A stretch of 39,565 nucleotides of DNA from a virus. Its lineage: Duplodnaviria > Caudoviricetes. Location of the stretch: positions 1-39,565 of IMG/VR virus record IMGVR_UViG_3300009181_000155. One strand, written 5' to 3'. The first letter of the stretch is position 1. Each line of letters starts with the position of its first letter. Positions 16,567-26,700 of the stretch are shown here, piece after piece. The notes beneath the pieces are model-generated. The model was not told the DNA's origin and did not search any database. It saw nothing but the letters and a program-made list of their open reading frames with translations. The position numbers were made by a program, and so were the translations under genes.

Positions 16567-19311
16567 ATGGCAACAAAACCACCTGAAGGCTGGTCTACTG
16601 GCCCTGCTGGAATACAACTTGGTCAAGGTGAAGTTGGTACGGTTGATGTTCCTTGGTATCTTCAAGGGACTGGCCCCGCTACCTATACTGCTGGGGAAGG
16701 GCAAGATCAAACTACTGGAATCTTAGGCCCAGAAACCATACCGCAGGATGTTGCTTGGAGGCAGGTTGCCCCTAATAAATATCAGACCCAACGCTTTGAC
16801 GATACCGGGTTAATTGACAAGCCGTTAGATGTAGACTTGACAGATCCTAATGAATGGATTGCTCAGTTAATTATTGGCGCCGGTATGGCGGGGGTGCTTG
16901 GGCCGTTAGCTGGTAATTTGGGTGCTGCGGTTGCTCCTGGGTTGAGCACTACCGCACAGATGGCAATAGGCCAAGGTCTTGTCAATGCTGGTAAGACGTT
17001 TGGTCTAGGCGGGAATTTAGGGGATATAGCCAAAGCGGGTGTTTTAGGTGGAGCCACGTCGTATGCTACTTCGGCTATTGGTGATATTTTACCTAAAAAT
17101 GTTGCTAATACAGGCATAACGTCTTTAGATACAGCTTTAAACAAAGGCATTCAATCTGCTGCTGGTAGTGGCGTAACGTCCCTTTTAACTGGCAATAAGA
17201 ACGCCCTTCAAGATGCTTTGATGGCTGGTGCCAGTGCTGCTGCCGGGTCTGGTGCAAACAGCGCAATGGAATCAACCTTTGGAAACACAGGGTTGCCCGC
17301 CCCGGCTGCAAACATTTTAAGCTCAGCCGCATTGGCAGCAGTTATGGGCAAAGACCCTGGCAAATATGCTTTGAAATCTGCATTGGGTGAGATTACAGGG
17401 GCTATTAAAGGATCTGCTCCTTCAGGAAATTCTGGAGCAACAGGGTCAACAGGTGCGCGTGGCTTAGCAAATTTAAATGAAGAGTATGACGATAATAGTT
17501 CTTTGTTTTCAAATAGCAAAGGAGAGCTAGCTTCACTTGATACAAGCGGACAACGCTATGTCCCCGGCTCAAATCCATTGCTTCCTCAAAATGTAGCCGC
17601 AGCACAAAATGCAGCAGCAGAGCAAGAACAATTACTTGCTTTTGCCAATCAAGCAAATGGGCAATTTGGTTTAACTCCCCAGCAAGAAGAAGCTTTAAAT
17701 GCTTATACCAAAGATTTAATAAACCTAGGACTTACAAAAGATTCTGCTGCCGGAATAACATCTGTTCCTGATGAAATCCAAGCGTTAATACAGGCTGGGC
17801 TTACCCCTGATTCTGCTGCTGCTGTGGCTGGGCCAGAGGGTATTGAAGCATTAGCAAAAGATTTCCCCCCTGAGTCTTTTAATCAAACTCCATCCGGGGC
17901 CGCACCATCTACTTCTTTAGCGGAAGATAACCTTTTTGACTTAGGGGAAAATTTTGGCACATTTGCCGAACGTCCCGAAACATCCGCTGATACAGATGCT
18001 GCACCGCAACAAGTTGATATTACAGGCCACAACTTTGATTTAGAACTAATGCGTTTTCTTGAGGCCAATGGCCTTACGGCTGATGAAGCGCAGAAGGTTC
18101 TTATTACCGGCAAAGACAAAACTGCCGGAACAGATTACAACTCGTTTTACGAAACCCCTGGAAGTTCATTAACCCCCAAAGTTGTTGTTCAAGGACAAAC
18201 GCCACCTAAAGACACTGCGGTTGATGATTTAATGGCAATGTTAAATCAATATGATCCGCAGCTTGATAACGCTCAAAGAGTTGAAATAACCGGTAAAGCG
18301 TCTCCTATTGATGAACTAGCCGCCTTGTTAAGTCCTAATGACACAACGCAAAGAGTTGATATAACTGGAACTGCCCCTAAAACATTGCCAATAGATTCTG
18401 ATTTAAATTTAGACAGGTACTACCCAGGCGATACGCAAACAGAAGCGCCCTCGACCTCGGATAAGCTAACAGATGATTTGCTCCAAAAAGTTGAAATAAC
18501 TGGCAAAATTCCTCCTATTGATGAGTTATTGGCGTTGTTAAATCCTAGTGATACAACGCAAAGGGTAGATATAACAGGTACAACCCCCCTTGATTACTCT
18601 TCTTTAGAATACCCTCTAGGGCCAGAAGATGAAACGCCAAAAGTTGTAATAGAAGGCAAAACACCACCAATCCCATTTGTTGACTATTCTGACTTAAACA
18701 ACATTCCTACAGAAATAGAAGATGAAACGCCGCAAGTTGTAATAGAAGGCAAAACACCACCGATTCCATTTTTTGACTATTCTGTTTTAGACAACATTCC
18801 TACAGAAACAGAAGATGGGACGCCGCAAGTTGTAATAAAAGGGCAAACACCACCGACTCCGTTTATTGATTATTCTGATTTAGACAATATCCCCAAAGAA
18901 GAACTTATTCCAGACGCCCAACAAGTTGTAATTAGGGATAAGCTTGTAGACGAGCCTCCATTTGATGGTCATGTAATGCCTCCTGTTGAGCAACCTGTTC
19001 AGGTGCCTGTTGCTCCAGACAAGCCAATTGTTGATCCCATTAGACCGCCAATTAAGCCTATAGTTGACCCAATACGGCCAATAATTAAGCCTATAGTTGA
19101 CCCTAAAGTCACCACGACATCGGGGGGGAACATTACAATTCCCGGAATGACTCAGCAGTTGCATCAAGAGCTTATGCAGCTTCCAGATTTTGATTTGGAA
19201 AAACTGTTAAGCCCATCGCTTTATGCTTACCACCAAGCGCAGAAGCGTAAACAAACATCTCAAGAAGACCAAATGGCGGCGCTTCTTAACCAGCTTGGAT
19301 ACAGGAGTTAA
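16567..19311 (+). CDS. Putative ejection protein with Gly/Ala-rich hydrophobic N-terminal part and an acidic repeat region with TonB-box-like motifs
   Basis: 914-aa ORF after the nozzle gene; hydrophobic segment from about aa 97; 11 (Q/P)-(Q/K/R)-V-x-(I/V)-x-G-type motifs. Confidence 0.75.
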   Translation: MATKPPEGWSTGPAGIQLGQGEVGTVDVPWYLQGTGPATYTAGEGQDQTTGILGPETIPQDVAWRQVAPNKYQTQRFDDTGLIDKPLDVDLTDPNEWIAQLIIGAGMAGVLGPLAGNLGAAVAPGLSTTAQMAIGQGLVNAGKTFGLGGNLGDIAKAGVLGGATSYATSAIGDILPKNVANTGITSLDTALNKGIQSAAGSGVTSLLTGNKNALQDALMAGASAAAGSGANSAMESTFGNTGLPAPAANILSSAALAAVMGKDPGKYALKSALGEITGAIKGSAPSGNSGATGSTGARGLANLNEEYDDNSSLFSNSKGELASLDTSGQRYVPGSNPLLPQNVAAAQNAAAEQEQLLAFANQANGQFGLTPQQEEALNAYTKDLINLGLTKDSAAGITSVPDEIQALIQAGLTPDSAAAVAGPEGIEALAKDFPPESFNQTPSGAAPSTSLAEDNLFDLGENFGTFAERPETSADTDAAPQQVDITGHNFDLELMRFLEANGLTADEAQKVLITGKDKTAGTDYNSFYETPGSSLTPKVVVQGQTPPKDTAVDDLMAMLNQYDPQLDNAQRVEITGKASPIDELAALLSPNDTTQRVDITGTAPKTLPIDSDLNLDRYYPGDTQTEAPSTSDKLTDDLLQKVEITGKIPPIDELLALLNPSDTTQRVDITGTTPLDYSSLEYPLGPEDETPKVVIEGKTPPIPFVDYSDLNNIPTEIEDETPQVVIEGKTPPIPFFDYSVLDNIPTETEDGTPQVVIKGQTPPTPFIDYSDLDNIPKEELIPDAQQVVIRDKLVDEPPFDGHVMPPVEQPVQVPVAPDKPIVDPIRPPIKPIVDPIRPIIKPIVDPKVTTTSGGNITIPGMTQQLHQELMQLPDFDLEKLLSPSLYAYHQAQKRKQTSQEDQMAALLNQLGYRS
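18007..19107 (+). repeat. Nested coding repeats (210-nt, 93-nt and 33-nt periods)
   Basis: 18274/18484 and 18349/18559 (210 nt); 18637/18730/18823 (93 nt); KPIVDP x3 at 19021, 19054, 19087. Confidence 0.9.
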
Positions 19312-19313
19312 TC

Positions 19314-21875
19314 ATGACGCTACAAGTCGATTCCAACGGTGAAGTGTATGACGATGGCGTCACGCCAGAGGTAACTAAAGTAGATGCCAATGCGCGCTAT
19401 GAACTAGAAAACCCATTAGTTGGTGGGGCAAATGGTACTAGTGCATATACGAATAAGAGCGGCACATATGTAACAAATCCAGATGGAACTGTAGATTTTA
19501 TTCCAAATGATTCTGGAGTTATTACATACACAGATCCAGTAACTGGAGAGGTTACAAAAAGCGGGGGCAATGCAATAGGTGGATCATCCAGTGGTGGATC
19601 TGCTGGAGGCGGTTCAAATGTATTAAAGGGACTCCTAGACAAAGCAACCACCCCTGCTGGCCTTGCTGCTTTAGCAACTTTGCTTGGCGCTGCTATGGGC
19701 ATGAATAAGCCCAATGCCTCTCCCGGATGGAAAGGCACGATTGATCCTAATGCGTATGTAGCCAATATGCAGCAGATAGAACAACCAGAGTACCAGCCTT
19801 ACAGCGGCAAGCCTGTAATGGGCGGTAGGCAATTTACAGACATTTCTTACAGTAAAAAGGGCGAGGCTGCTCCTGCTCCGACAGTAAATGGTGTCCCGTT
19901 GGCTGATTACTTGGGCAGGAAAGGACTTGGTTCTTTACCTAAAGACTTTGGCCCCAAAGAAAACGATCAAGCTGGGCCATTGCAACCGGGTGAATCGTTT
20001 ACACCAAAAACCGGTGTACCTTCGTTTGTAATGCCAGATGGTAGCGCCGTGCCAGAAGGCAAGTTTTATATGGATGGGAGGCTTTTTGATAACCAAGAAA
20101 ACCGTTTAGCTGTTGAGCCACCGCCAACCGGATGGCAGTCTAATTTAGGCCCGGATGATCGCCCCATGACAATGGACATAAAGCCAGGGGACATTATTGG
20201 TTTTAATGGAACCAATCCTATACTAGCACAAGCTAATACCGGTAATATTCTACAAGAAACTATGAATGCCAACTTAGGGGGGTTTGCAATGGGTGGTATT
20301 GCCAACCTAGCTCATGGCGGCAGGTATTTACACGGCGCTACTGATGGTATGGCGGATAAGCTTGATACCACTATTGATGGGACACAAGCAGCTAAGCTAA
20401 GTCATGGTGAGTTTGTTATTCCTGCGGATGTTGTTTCTCATTTGGGGAATGGCAACTCCACTGCGGGTGCTGATGTCTTGTATAAGATGATGGATCGGGT
20501 TCGTAAGGCTAGGACTGGCAACCCCAAACAAGGCAAACAGATCAACCCTGAAAAGTTTATGCCCGGTGGCTTGGCTGCTTTACCTGCCTATGCCAATGGT
20601 GGGGCAATTGCTTTTGAAACAGGAGACTTGGTTAAAGCCCCTGGAACAACGGCTACAGGAATGCCAGCAACCAATGAATCCAACCTATCTTCTTGGGCTG
20701 GGCCGGGTATTTCTGACTATATCCAGAGGGGGACGGCAATTGCCAAACAGCCCTATCAGGCTTATAAAGGCCCATTGACTGCTGGAACTTCTCCTTTACA
20801 GCAGCAGGCGTTTACAGCAGCAGGCAATCTTTCTACCCCAGGAAGCATTGCACAAGCGGCGGCTGGGGCTGGAGATGTGGCAGCAAAGATGGGGCAGTTG
20901 AGCTACACCCCCGCCACAATGACAAATCAGTTTACTGCGCCGGGTGCTTACCAAGCATCAAACAATGCCAATCAATACACTGCCACGAGTCCTTATAACG
21001 CATCAAATATAACGTCTAATACGTTCGGTGCGGAGCAAGCTCAACAGTACATGAACCCGTACTTACAAGCTTCTCTTGATCCTCAGTTGGCAGAGGCTCG
21101 TCGGCAATCTCAAATGACGCAGATGGCTAATGCCGCCAGGGCCACTCAGGCGGGGGCATTTGGCGGTAGTAGGGGCGCCTTGATGGATACAGAGACCCAA
21201 AGGAATCTTGGCACCAATCTGGCTAACATTACGGGTCAGGGCTACAATACGGCCTACAACAATGCTATGACTCAGTTTAATTCTGATCAAGGCAGAAACT
21301 TACAGGCGCAGCAGGCAAATGAAGCTTCAAGGCAATTTGGCGCAAATCAAGCTCTGTCTAACGCTCAAAACACTGCTCAGTACGGGCTGGCTGGTTTAAA
21401 TGCTAACGAAGCATCTAGACAGTTTGGGGCGAATCAGGCTATGACCGCAGCACAACAGCAAGCGCAGTATGGTAATTTGGCTCAAAGCCAGACCGAGCAG
21501 TCACGACAGTACGGTAATACATTTGGGTTAAATGCGCTTCAAGATCAATTGGGAGCGTACAACTCTCAAGGCAACTTGGGCGCTATCCAAAACACTGCTG
21601 GTCTTGCTAACCTTAACGCAATGACTGCTGCCGGTAATGCTCAGCGGGATATTGAGGCTCAAGGGATTGCAGCCAAGAAAGCAGCGTTTGAAGAAGAGCG
21701 TAACGCCCCGATGGCTAACATCCTTGCTACGCAAGCTTTGTACAGAGGTCTGCCGGTGTCTACTGTTACTTCTAGCACAGCCACTACTCCGGCAATGGAT
21801 ATTGGTAAGGCTATCGGGCAAGGACAGGATGTGTACAAATCTGTAGACGAATTGCTTAACGGCAAAAAGCCATAA
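19314..21875 (+). CDS. Putative DNA transfer / ejection protein, apparently composite
   Basis: TM-like GLAALATLLGAAMG; DGMAD..LSHGEFVIPADVV domain flanked by xxxGG motifs; Gln/Asn/Ala-rich C-terminal half with YMNPY and GAFGGSR. Confidence 0.7.
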   Translation: MTLQVDSNGEVYDDGVTPEVTKVDANARYELENPLVGGANGTSAYTNKSGTYVTNPDGTVDFIPNDSGVITYTDPVTGEVTKSGGNAIGGSSSGGSAGGGSNVLKGLLDKATTPAGLAALATLLGAAMGMNKPNASPGWKGTIDPNAYVANMQQIEQPEYQPYSGKPVMGGRQFTDISYSKKGEAAPAPTVNGVPLADYLGRKGLGSLPKDFGPKENDQAGPLQPGESFTPKTGVPSFVMPDGSAVPEGKFYMDGRLFDNQENRLAVEPPPTGWQSNLGPDDRPMTMDIKPGDIIGFNGTNPILAQANTGNILQETMNANLGGFAMGGIANLAHGGRYLHGATDGMADKLDTTIDGTQAAKLSHGEFVIPADVVSHLGNGNSTAGADVLYKMMDRVRKARTGNPKQGKQINPEKFMPGGLAALPAYANGGAIAFETGDLVKAPGTTATGMPATNESNLSSWAGPGISDYIQRGTAIAKQPYQAYKGPLTAGTSPLQQQAFTAAGNLSTPGSIAQAAAGAGDVAAKMGQLSYTPATMTNQFTAPGAYQASNNANQYTATSPYNASNITSNTFGAEQAQQYMNPYLQASLDPQLAEARRQSQMTQMANAARATQAGAFGGSRGALMDTETQRNLGTNLANITGQGYNTAYNNAMTQFNSDQGRNLQAQQANEASRQFGANQALSNAQNTAQYGLAGLNANEASRQFGANQAMTAAQQQAQYGNLAQSQTEQSRQYGNTFGLNALQDQLGAYNSQGNLGAIQNTAGLANLNAMTAAGNAQRDIEAQGIAAKKAAFEEERNAPMANILATQALYRGLPVSTVTSSTATTPAMDIGKAIGQGQDVYKSVDELLNGKKP

Positions 21876-21885
21876 GGAATAACAA

Positions 21886-23694
21886 ATGCCTAACCCAGCC
21901 GTTATTTCTGGTGGTTTAAACGCACTGATGCTTTTGCAAAGGGGCATGGAGGCGTTGCAGAAAAACCCTCCCTCTACACAAGGGCCAGCAGGGCCGACAA
22001 TTGCTATTCAGGCCCAACAGGCTGCACAGCAGGCTATGTCAGGACAGCCCCCTCAAGAACCTTCTGCGCCCCCACCTCCGGGTCAACCGCAACCACAAGA
22101 AAACGGCATTGCAAGCATTGCTCAGAATGTAGGGACAGGAGCGCAGATCCAAGCCCAACAGCAACAACAGGCCCAGCAGGCAATGATGGCCCAGGCCCAA
22201 CAGGCTCAACAGCAGCCCCAGCAAATGGCTAAAGGTGGTATTGCTAGTTTAAATGCACACAATATGCGTGGGTTTAAATCTGGTGGTGTTCTAGGCTTTG
22301 CTGGGCCTGATGGGTCTGATGTGCCTTCGGCAGAAGAGCTTGAGGCAGCATCTCGGCCTGCCGGGTTATTGCGCCAGTCTTTCGAGCGTCCTTCTGAAAA
22401 TACCCAATTGGAACGAGCAAAGGCAGAAGCGGCGGTAGCCAATGCTTTGTTGCAACGGTACGGATCTACGCAAAGACAAAATGATCCGCAAGGGTTTGCA
22501 GAAGCCAAACAAAAAGCTGAAGCTGCACAAAAAGATTTGTTGGCGGCTTTGTCAACTAGGCTTACGGCTCGGCCAGAAGAAGGAACCCATACAGTAGAAG
22601 CCCAAAAGGATACCCGTCTTTTGCCGACCGCCCCTCCCGTTGAAATGATGGATACGAGGGAAATGCCGCAGCAAACAGGTGAACAAGCCCGTCTAGTAAG
22701 GCAGGCATCTCAAGCTGGCCCATCAGCGCCCAGGGTTCCTACAAGTCAATCGGATTTAGAGGGTCTTCTGGCGGCGATGTCAAAAGGGCAAGCTGCTGTT
22801 CCGGGCACAGATGTGTCTCAACAAAGGGCGCTACTTGCACAATTAAAAGCAGCTAGGGAAGCTCAACCCATGCCGGGTATTGAACAACTTGCTGCGTATC
22901 GTCGGGCTCAAGATGAGTACGACACTGCCGCCAAGGGGCGCAAGGAAAGTTTTGGCTCAAGGCAGTTTAGAGAATTGATGCGTGATTTTGCCGCAAACCG
23001 TAACGGTGAAGGCATGGCACGGGTTGGGGATGAAGAACGTAAATTGACGGAAGCGGATACTACCCGCAGACTGACCAATGCTCAACTCAGTGGGCATATC
23101 GTTGATGTTCAAAATGCCAGGAAGGTTGGAGATCTAGAGAAAGAACTTTCTGGTGTAAACGCTATAACCGACATCCTTCGTAAGGATGCAGAGCTTAAAG
23201 CCAAGTCTGGTGAATCTATTGCTTCTGCGTTTGGTCATATTGCTCAACAACGTATTAGTGCTGATTCGTCTGCCGCTAATAATGCAACACAACTGTTGAT
23301 AGCAAAGATGAAGATTGATCAAGACAATGCAAGTAATGCAATATTGAGACAAGACCAAGGGTTTAACGGGTTCCAAAAAGCTCTTGACAACAACGAACAC
23401 ACTAGGGTTCTTCATCTTACCCAAGCTGAAAAAGCTTTCCAAAGCAAAGCTCAAACAACAGTTGAACAAATGGCTTTGACTGGCAATGCTGAAGACAAAG
23501 CCAGAGCGGCAGAAATTAAAGCGGCTCATGCCAGAGATTTGCAGAGTATAAATAACGTGTACGATCAAGAGCGGCAAAAACTTTTGATGTCGCAATATCA
23601 AAGATTTGGTCAGGCTTATGGAATACCCAAACCTTTGGAAATGACTAATACGCCATCTGGCAATAAAAGAATTTCACTTGATCAATTGGGGTAA
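21886..23694 (+). CDS. Putative ejection protein (Gln-rich, coiled coil)
   Basis: 602 aa, SD TAAGGA, MAKGG and FKSGG motifs, helical composition. Confidence 0.7.
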   Translation: MPNPAVISGGLNALMLLQRGMEALQKNPPSTQGPAGPTIAIQAQQAAQQAMSGQPPQEPSAPPPPGQPQPQENGIASIAQNVGTGAQIQAQQQQQAQQAMMAQAQQAQQQPQQMAKGGIASLNAHNMRGFKSGGVLGFAGPDGSDVPSAEELEAASRPAGLLRQSFERPSENTQLERAKAEAAVANALLQRYGSTQRQNDPQGFAEAKQKAEAAQKDLLAALSTRLTARPEEGTHTVEAQKDTRLLPTAPPVEMMDTREMPQQTGEQARLVRQASQAGPSAPRVPTSQSDLEGLLAAMSKGQAAVPGTDVSQQRALLAQLKAAREAQPMPGIEQLAAYRRAQDEYDTAAKGRKESFGSRQFRELMRDFAANRNGEGMARVGDEERKLTEADTTRRLTNAQLSGHIVDVQNARKVGDLEKELSGVNAITDILRKDAELKAKSGESIASAFGHIAQQRISADSSAANNATQLLIAKMKIDQDNASNAILRQDQGFNGFQKALDNNEHTRVLHLTQAEKAFQSKAQTTVEQMALTGNAEDKARAAEIKAAHARDLQSINNVYDQERQKLLMSQYQRFGQAYGIPKPLEMTNTPSGNKRISLDQLG

Positions 23695-23700
23695 ATAAAT

Positions 23701-26700
23701 ATGCCTTATGATGTTGAATTGCCCAATGGGGATATCATTGAGGTGCCTGATAACGTAAGTCAGGCAGAAGCAAAACAACGGATCTATAAGGCGTATCCTC
23801 AATTTGCTCCCAAACAAAGCACAGAGCGCACCTTTGGAGAGGCCATTACCGATCCTTTGCTAGGGATAGCAAAAGGTGTAGGGGCTATGGCTCAGCTTCC
23901 CGGTCAGTTGTACGGGTTAGCCACTGGAGACTTTGACACCGCCGCCATGAGAGGGCCGGAAAGGTTTCAGGAGTACGCGAAATCCCTTCAGTCTGAAGGT
24001 TTACACGTTAGAGAAGCCTTGCGGGATAAGGCTATTTCGGAAGCAGAAAAACAGGGCATTGCGTCTGCGTTTTACACAGCAATCGTCCAGACCATCAAAG
24101 ACCCGGCTTTAGTCTCTACGTTCATTACGGAAACAGTTCCGGAAATGATCCCCATGTTTTTGACTGGTGGGGCAAGTAAATTACTTACCACCGGGGCCAG
24201 TCAAGTAGCCAAGTACGGCGCTAAAGAGGCAGCAGAAAACGCAGCCAGAGTTGCCGCTAGGACTGCCATAGGCACAGGAGCCGTACAGCAAGGCGCAGAC
24301 ATTGGTACTGATACCTACAAGGAAGCACTAGACCTTGCTCGGGCTCAGAACCCTAAAATGTCTCCACAAGAGATTGAAGATCTTGCTTTAAGCAAAGCCA
24401 GGGCATCAGCAGTAGAGTCCGGACTTGTTTCTTTATTGGCTCAGAAGTTACCCGGCTCGAAGGCCATTGAACGACGCATGGCGGGCCTGCCAGGAGAAGG
24501 AAGAATCCGTTCTGGCTTGGGTGAGGCTGCTAGTGAAATGCTTGAAGAGGGTGGCGGCAAGTTTGCCTCCAATGTAAACCTTCAACAGATTGACCCTGAA
24601 AGGTCTTTGACAACCGGCGTAGGATCTGCGGCTGGTTTGGGTGCAATTGGCGGTGGAATCTTGGGTGCAGCCATAGGGCGTGGCGCTCCAGTTCCTGAAT
24701 TGATGCCGGGGCAGAACCGAGGGGAAACCCTTGCTCAATCTGCTGAAAGGCTACAAAGGGAGATTAGGGATAACGAAAAGCTACTTCAGCCAACGGCTGC
24801 TGAAAAAGCCATTTCTGCTATTACCCAAGCTCCAATCGATCCGGTTATCGATCCGTTCCTAAAAGATTTAAACGCCAACCTTGCTCTAGAAGGAAATTTA
24901 AATGCTGGAACAACTAACGCTGCCCCAGGTGGAGAAGGCGCTCTCTTGGCTGGCCTCCCCGGTGCAGGAGGCGCCGCCGCAGGAGTTGCAGCCACTCAAC
25001 CAGATGGAGTGGTTCTTATTGGGCAGGATGTTGCAGGCACTGCTGGAGGAGAAGGAGCACCACCTGATTCAGTAGAACCTGTAATTCTGCAAAATAGAAA
25101 TAGGGCCACCCCTGCTTCTATTGCACAGATGCAAGATATCTCTGCCCGTCCGGATTACACAAGGCTGGGCTTTAGCCGGGACATCACCACTGGAGCCCCG
25201 GTTGTGTTTGGTGGGAATATCAACCCCCAGCAATTAGGCAAAGTGGATGTGGTTGCTGCTGGCAACAAAAAGATTCCCGTTCAATATGCGGTAATGGATG
25301 TAAACAATGTAATTGCATCCAATAACGCAGACGGATCTATTGTTCCTGAATACAGCACAGCAGTTGATAAGACCAGGGTTGTAGGCGGTAACGCCCGTAT
25401 TGCCGGATTACAGAACGCATACAGGAACAACACTGCCGCCGCCTATTCAACTGAATTGCTTGGTGACAATCTCCACGGCATTAGTCCGGATGTAATTAAA
25501 GGCATTAAAAATCCTGTTCTTGTCAGGGTTATGCCCGCATCAGAAGTCACTAAGAACATTGGTGACATAACCAACACCACTGGAACATTAGATCTATCTA
25601 CCGTTGACCAAGCAAAGAACGATGCCAAACGGGTAGATGTAAACGACATTAGTTACAACGAAGATGGGGATGTAACGGACTATTCCGTTATGCAGTTCAT
25701 CAGGTCTATGCCCGCAAACGAGCATGGAAAACTGATTGATGACGATGGACAACCAACCACTATAGCCAGAGCTAGGCTTCATGCTGCCATCTTTGCCCAG
25801 GCATACCAGAACGACAAGTTACTACGCTTGTACTCTCAAGCGGTAGACCCTGATGCAAAGAATGTTTTAAACGCTCTATCTCAAGCCGCTCCGCAGATGG
25901 CGCGGCTAGAGGGTGCCGGGGCGCTGGACTTCCGTAATGATGTTGTAGCCGCCGCTGAACAAGTGGTCACCGCCAAAAAGGCGGGGATCAGTACGCCTGA
26001 CATGGTTGCCCAGGTCACCATTGGCGAAGATCCTAATGTTCATAACATCCTTACCGGATTTGCTAACAACATTAGATCTGCCAAAAGAATGGCGAGGATC
26101 TTAAAGGAAGCAGCAAACTATGCTTACCACCATGCCAACACCGAAGAACAGGATATGTTCGGTGAGAGCATTCCTAAGCCCAGCAAAGAAGACATAACCC
26201 AAGGTATTAAAGAAGGTAAGGAGTACCCAAAACTTTCTCGGGCACAAAAAGGACAGGCAGAACTATTTAAATCTGATGCTGAAAAGCAGCAAACGGAAGC
26301 CAAAGAAAAGTTTAAACAACAAGCTGTAGCACAAGCGCCGGAAGTTATTGCTGAAAAGAAAGAGCAGTTTAAGAACATCCTGACAAAGATCCTGAGCAAC
26401 ATGGGTCTTAAAGATGTTGCCGTTAAGCTGATGAATGAGGTTGAATCTGTAGAAGCCGAGGGTTCCTATGCAGAAAATCTCATCAAGATTGCTTTAGACG
26501 CAGCCTCTCCTGTAAGGACGTTGAGGCATGAAGCTATCCATGCTTTGAAAGAACTTGGTTTCTTTAGTGATAACCAATGGAATGTTCTTCTTAAACAAGC
26601 AAAAGATGTTTGGGTAGACAAGTACCTGAAGAATAGGGATGTTGGTGGCGGGCCTTTGCAAGAAGGAAAGCCATCTAGGTACGATGCCTACATGAAAAAT

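Noticed and set aside
18007-19107. CRISPR array
   Set aside because: Repeats are degenerate, codon-phased and coding; no constant repeat with unique spacers and no cas genes
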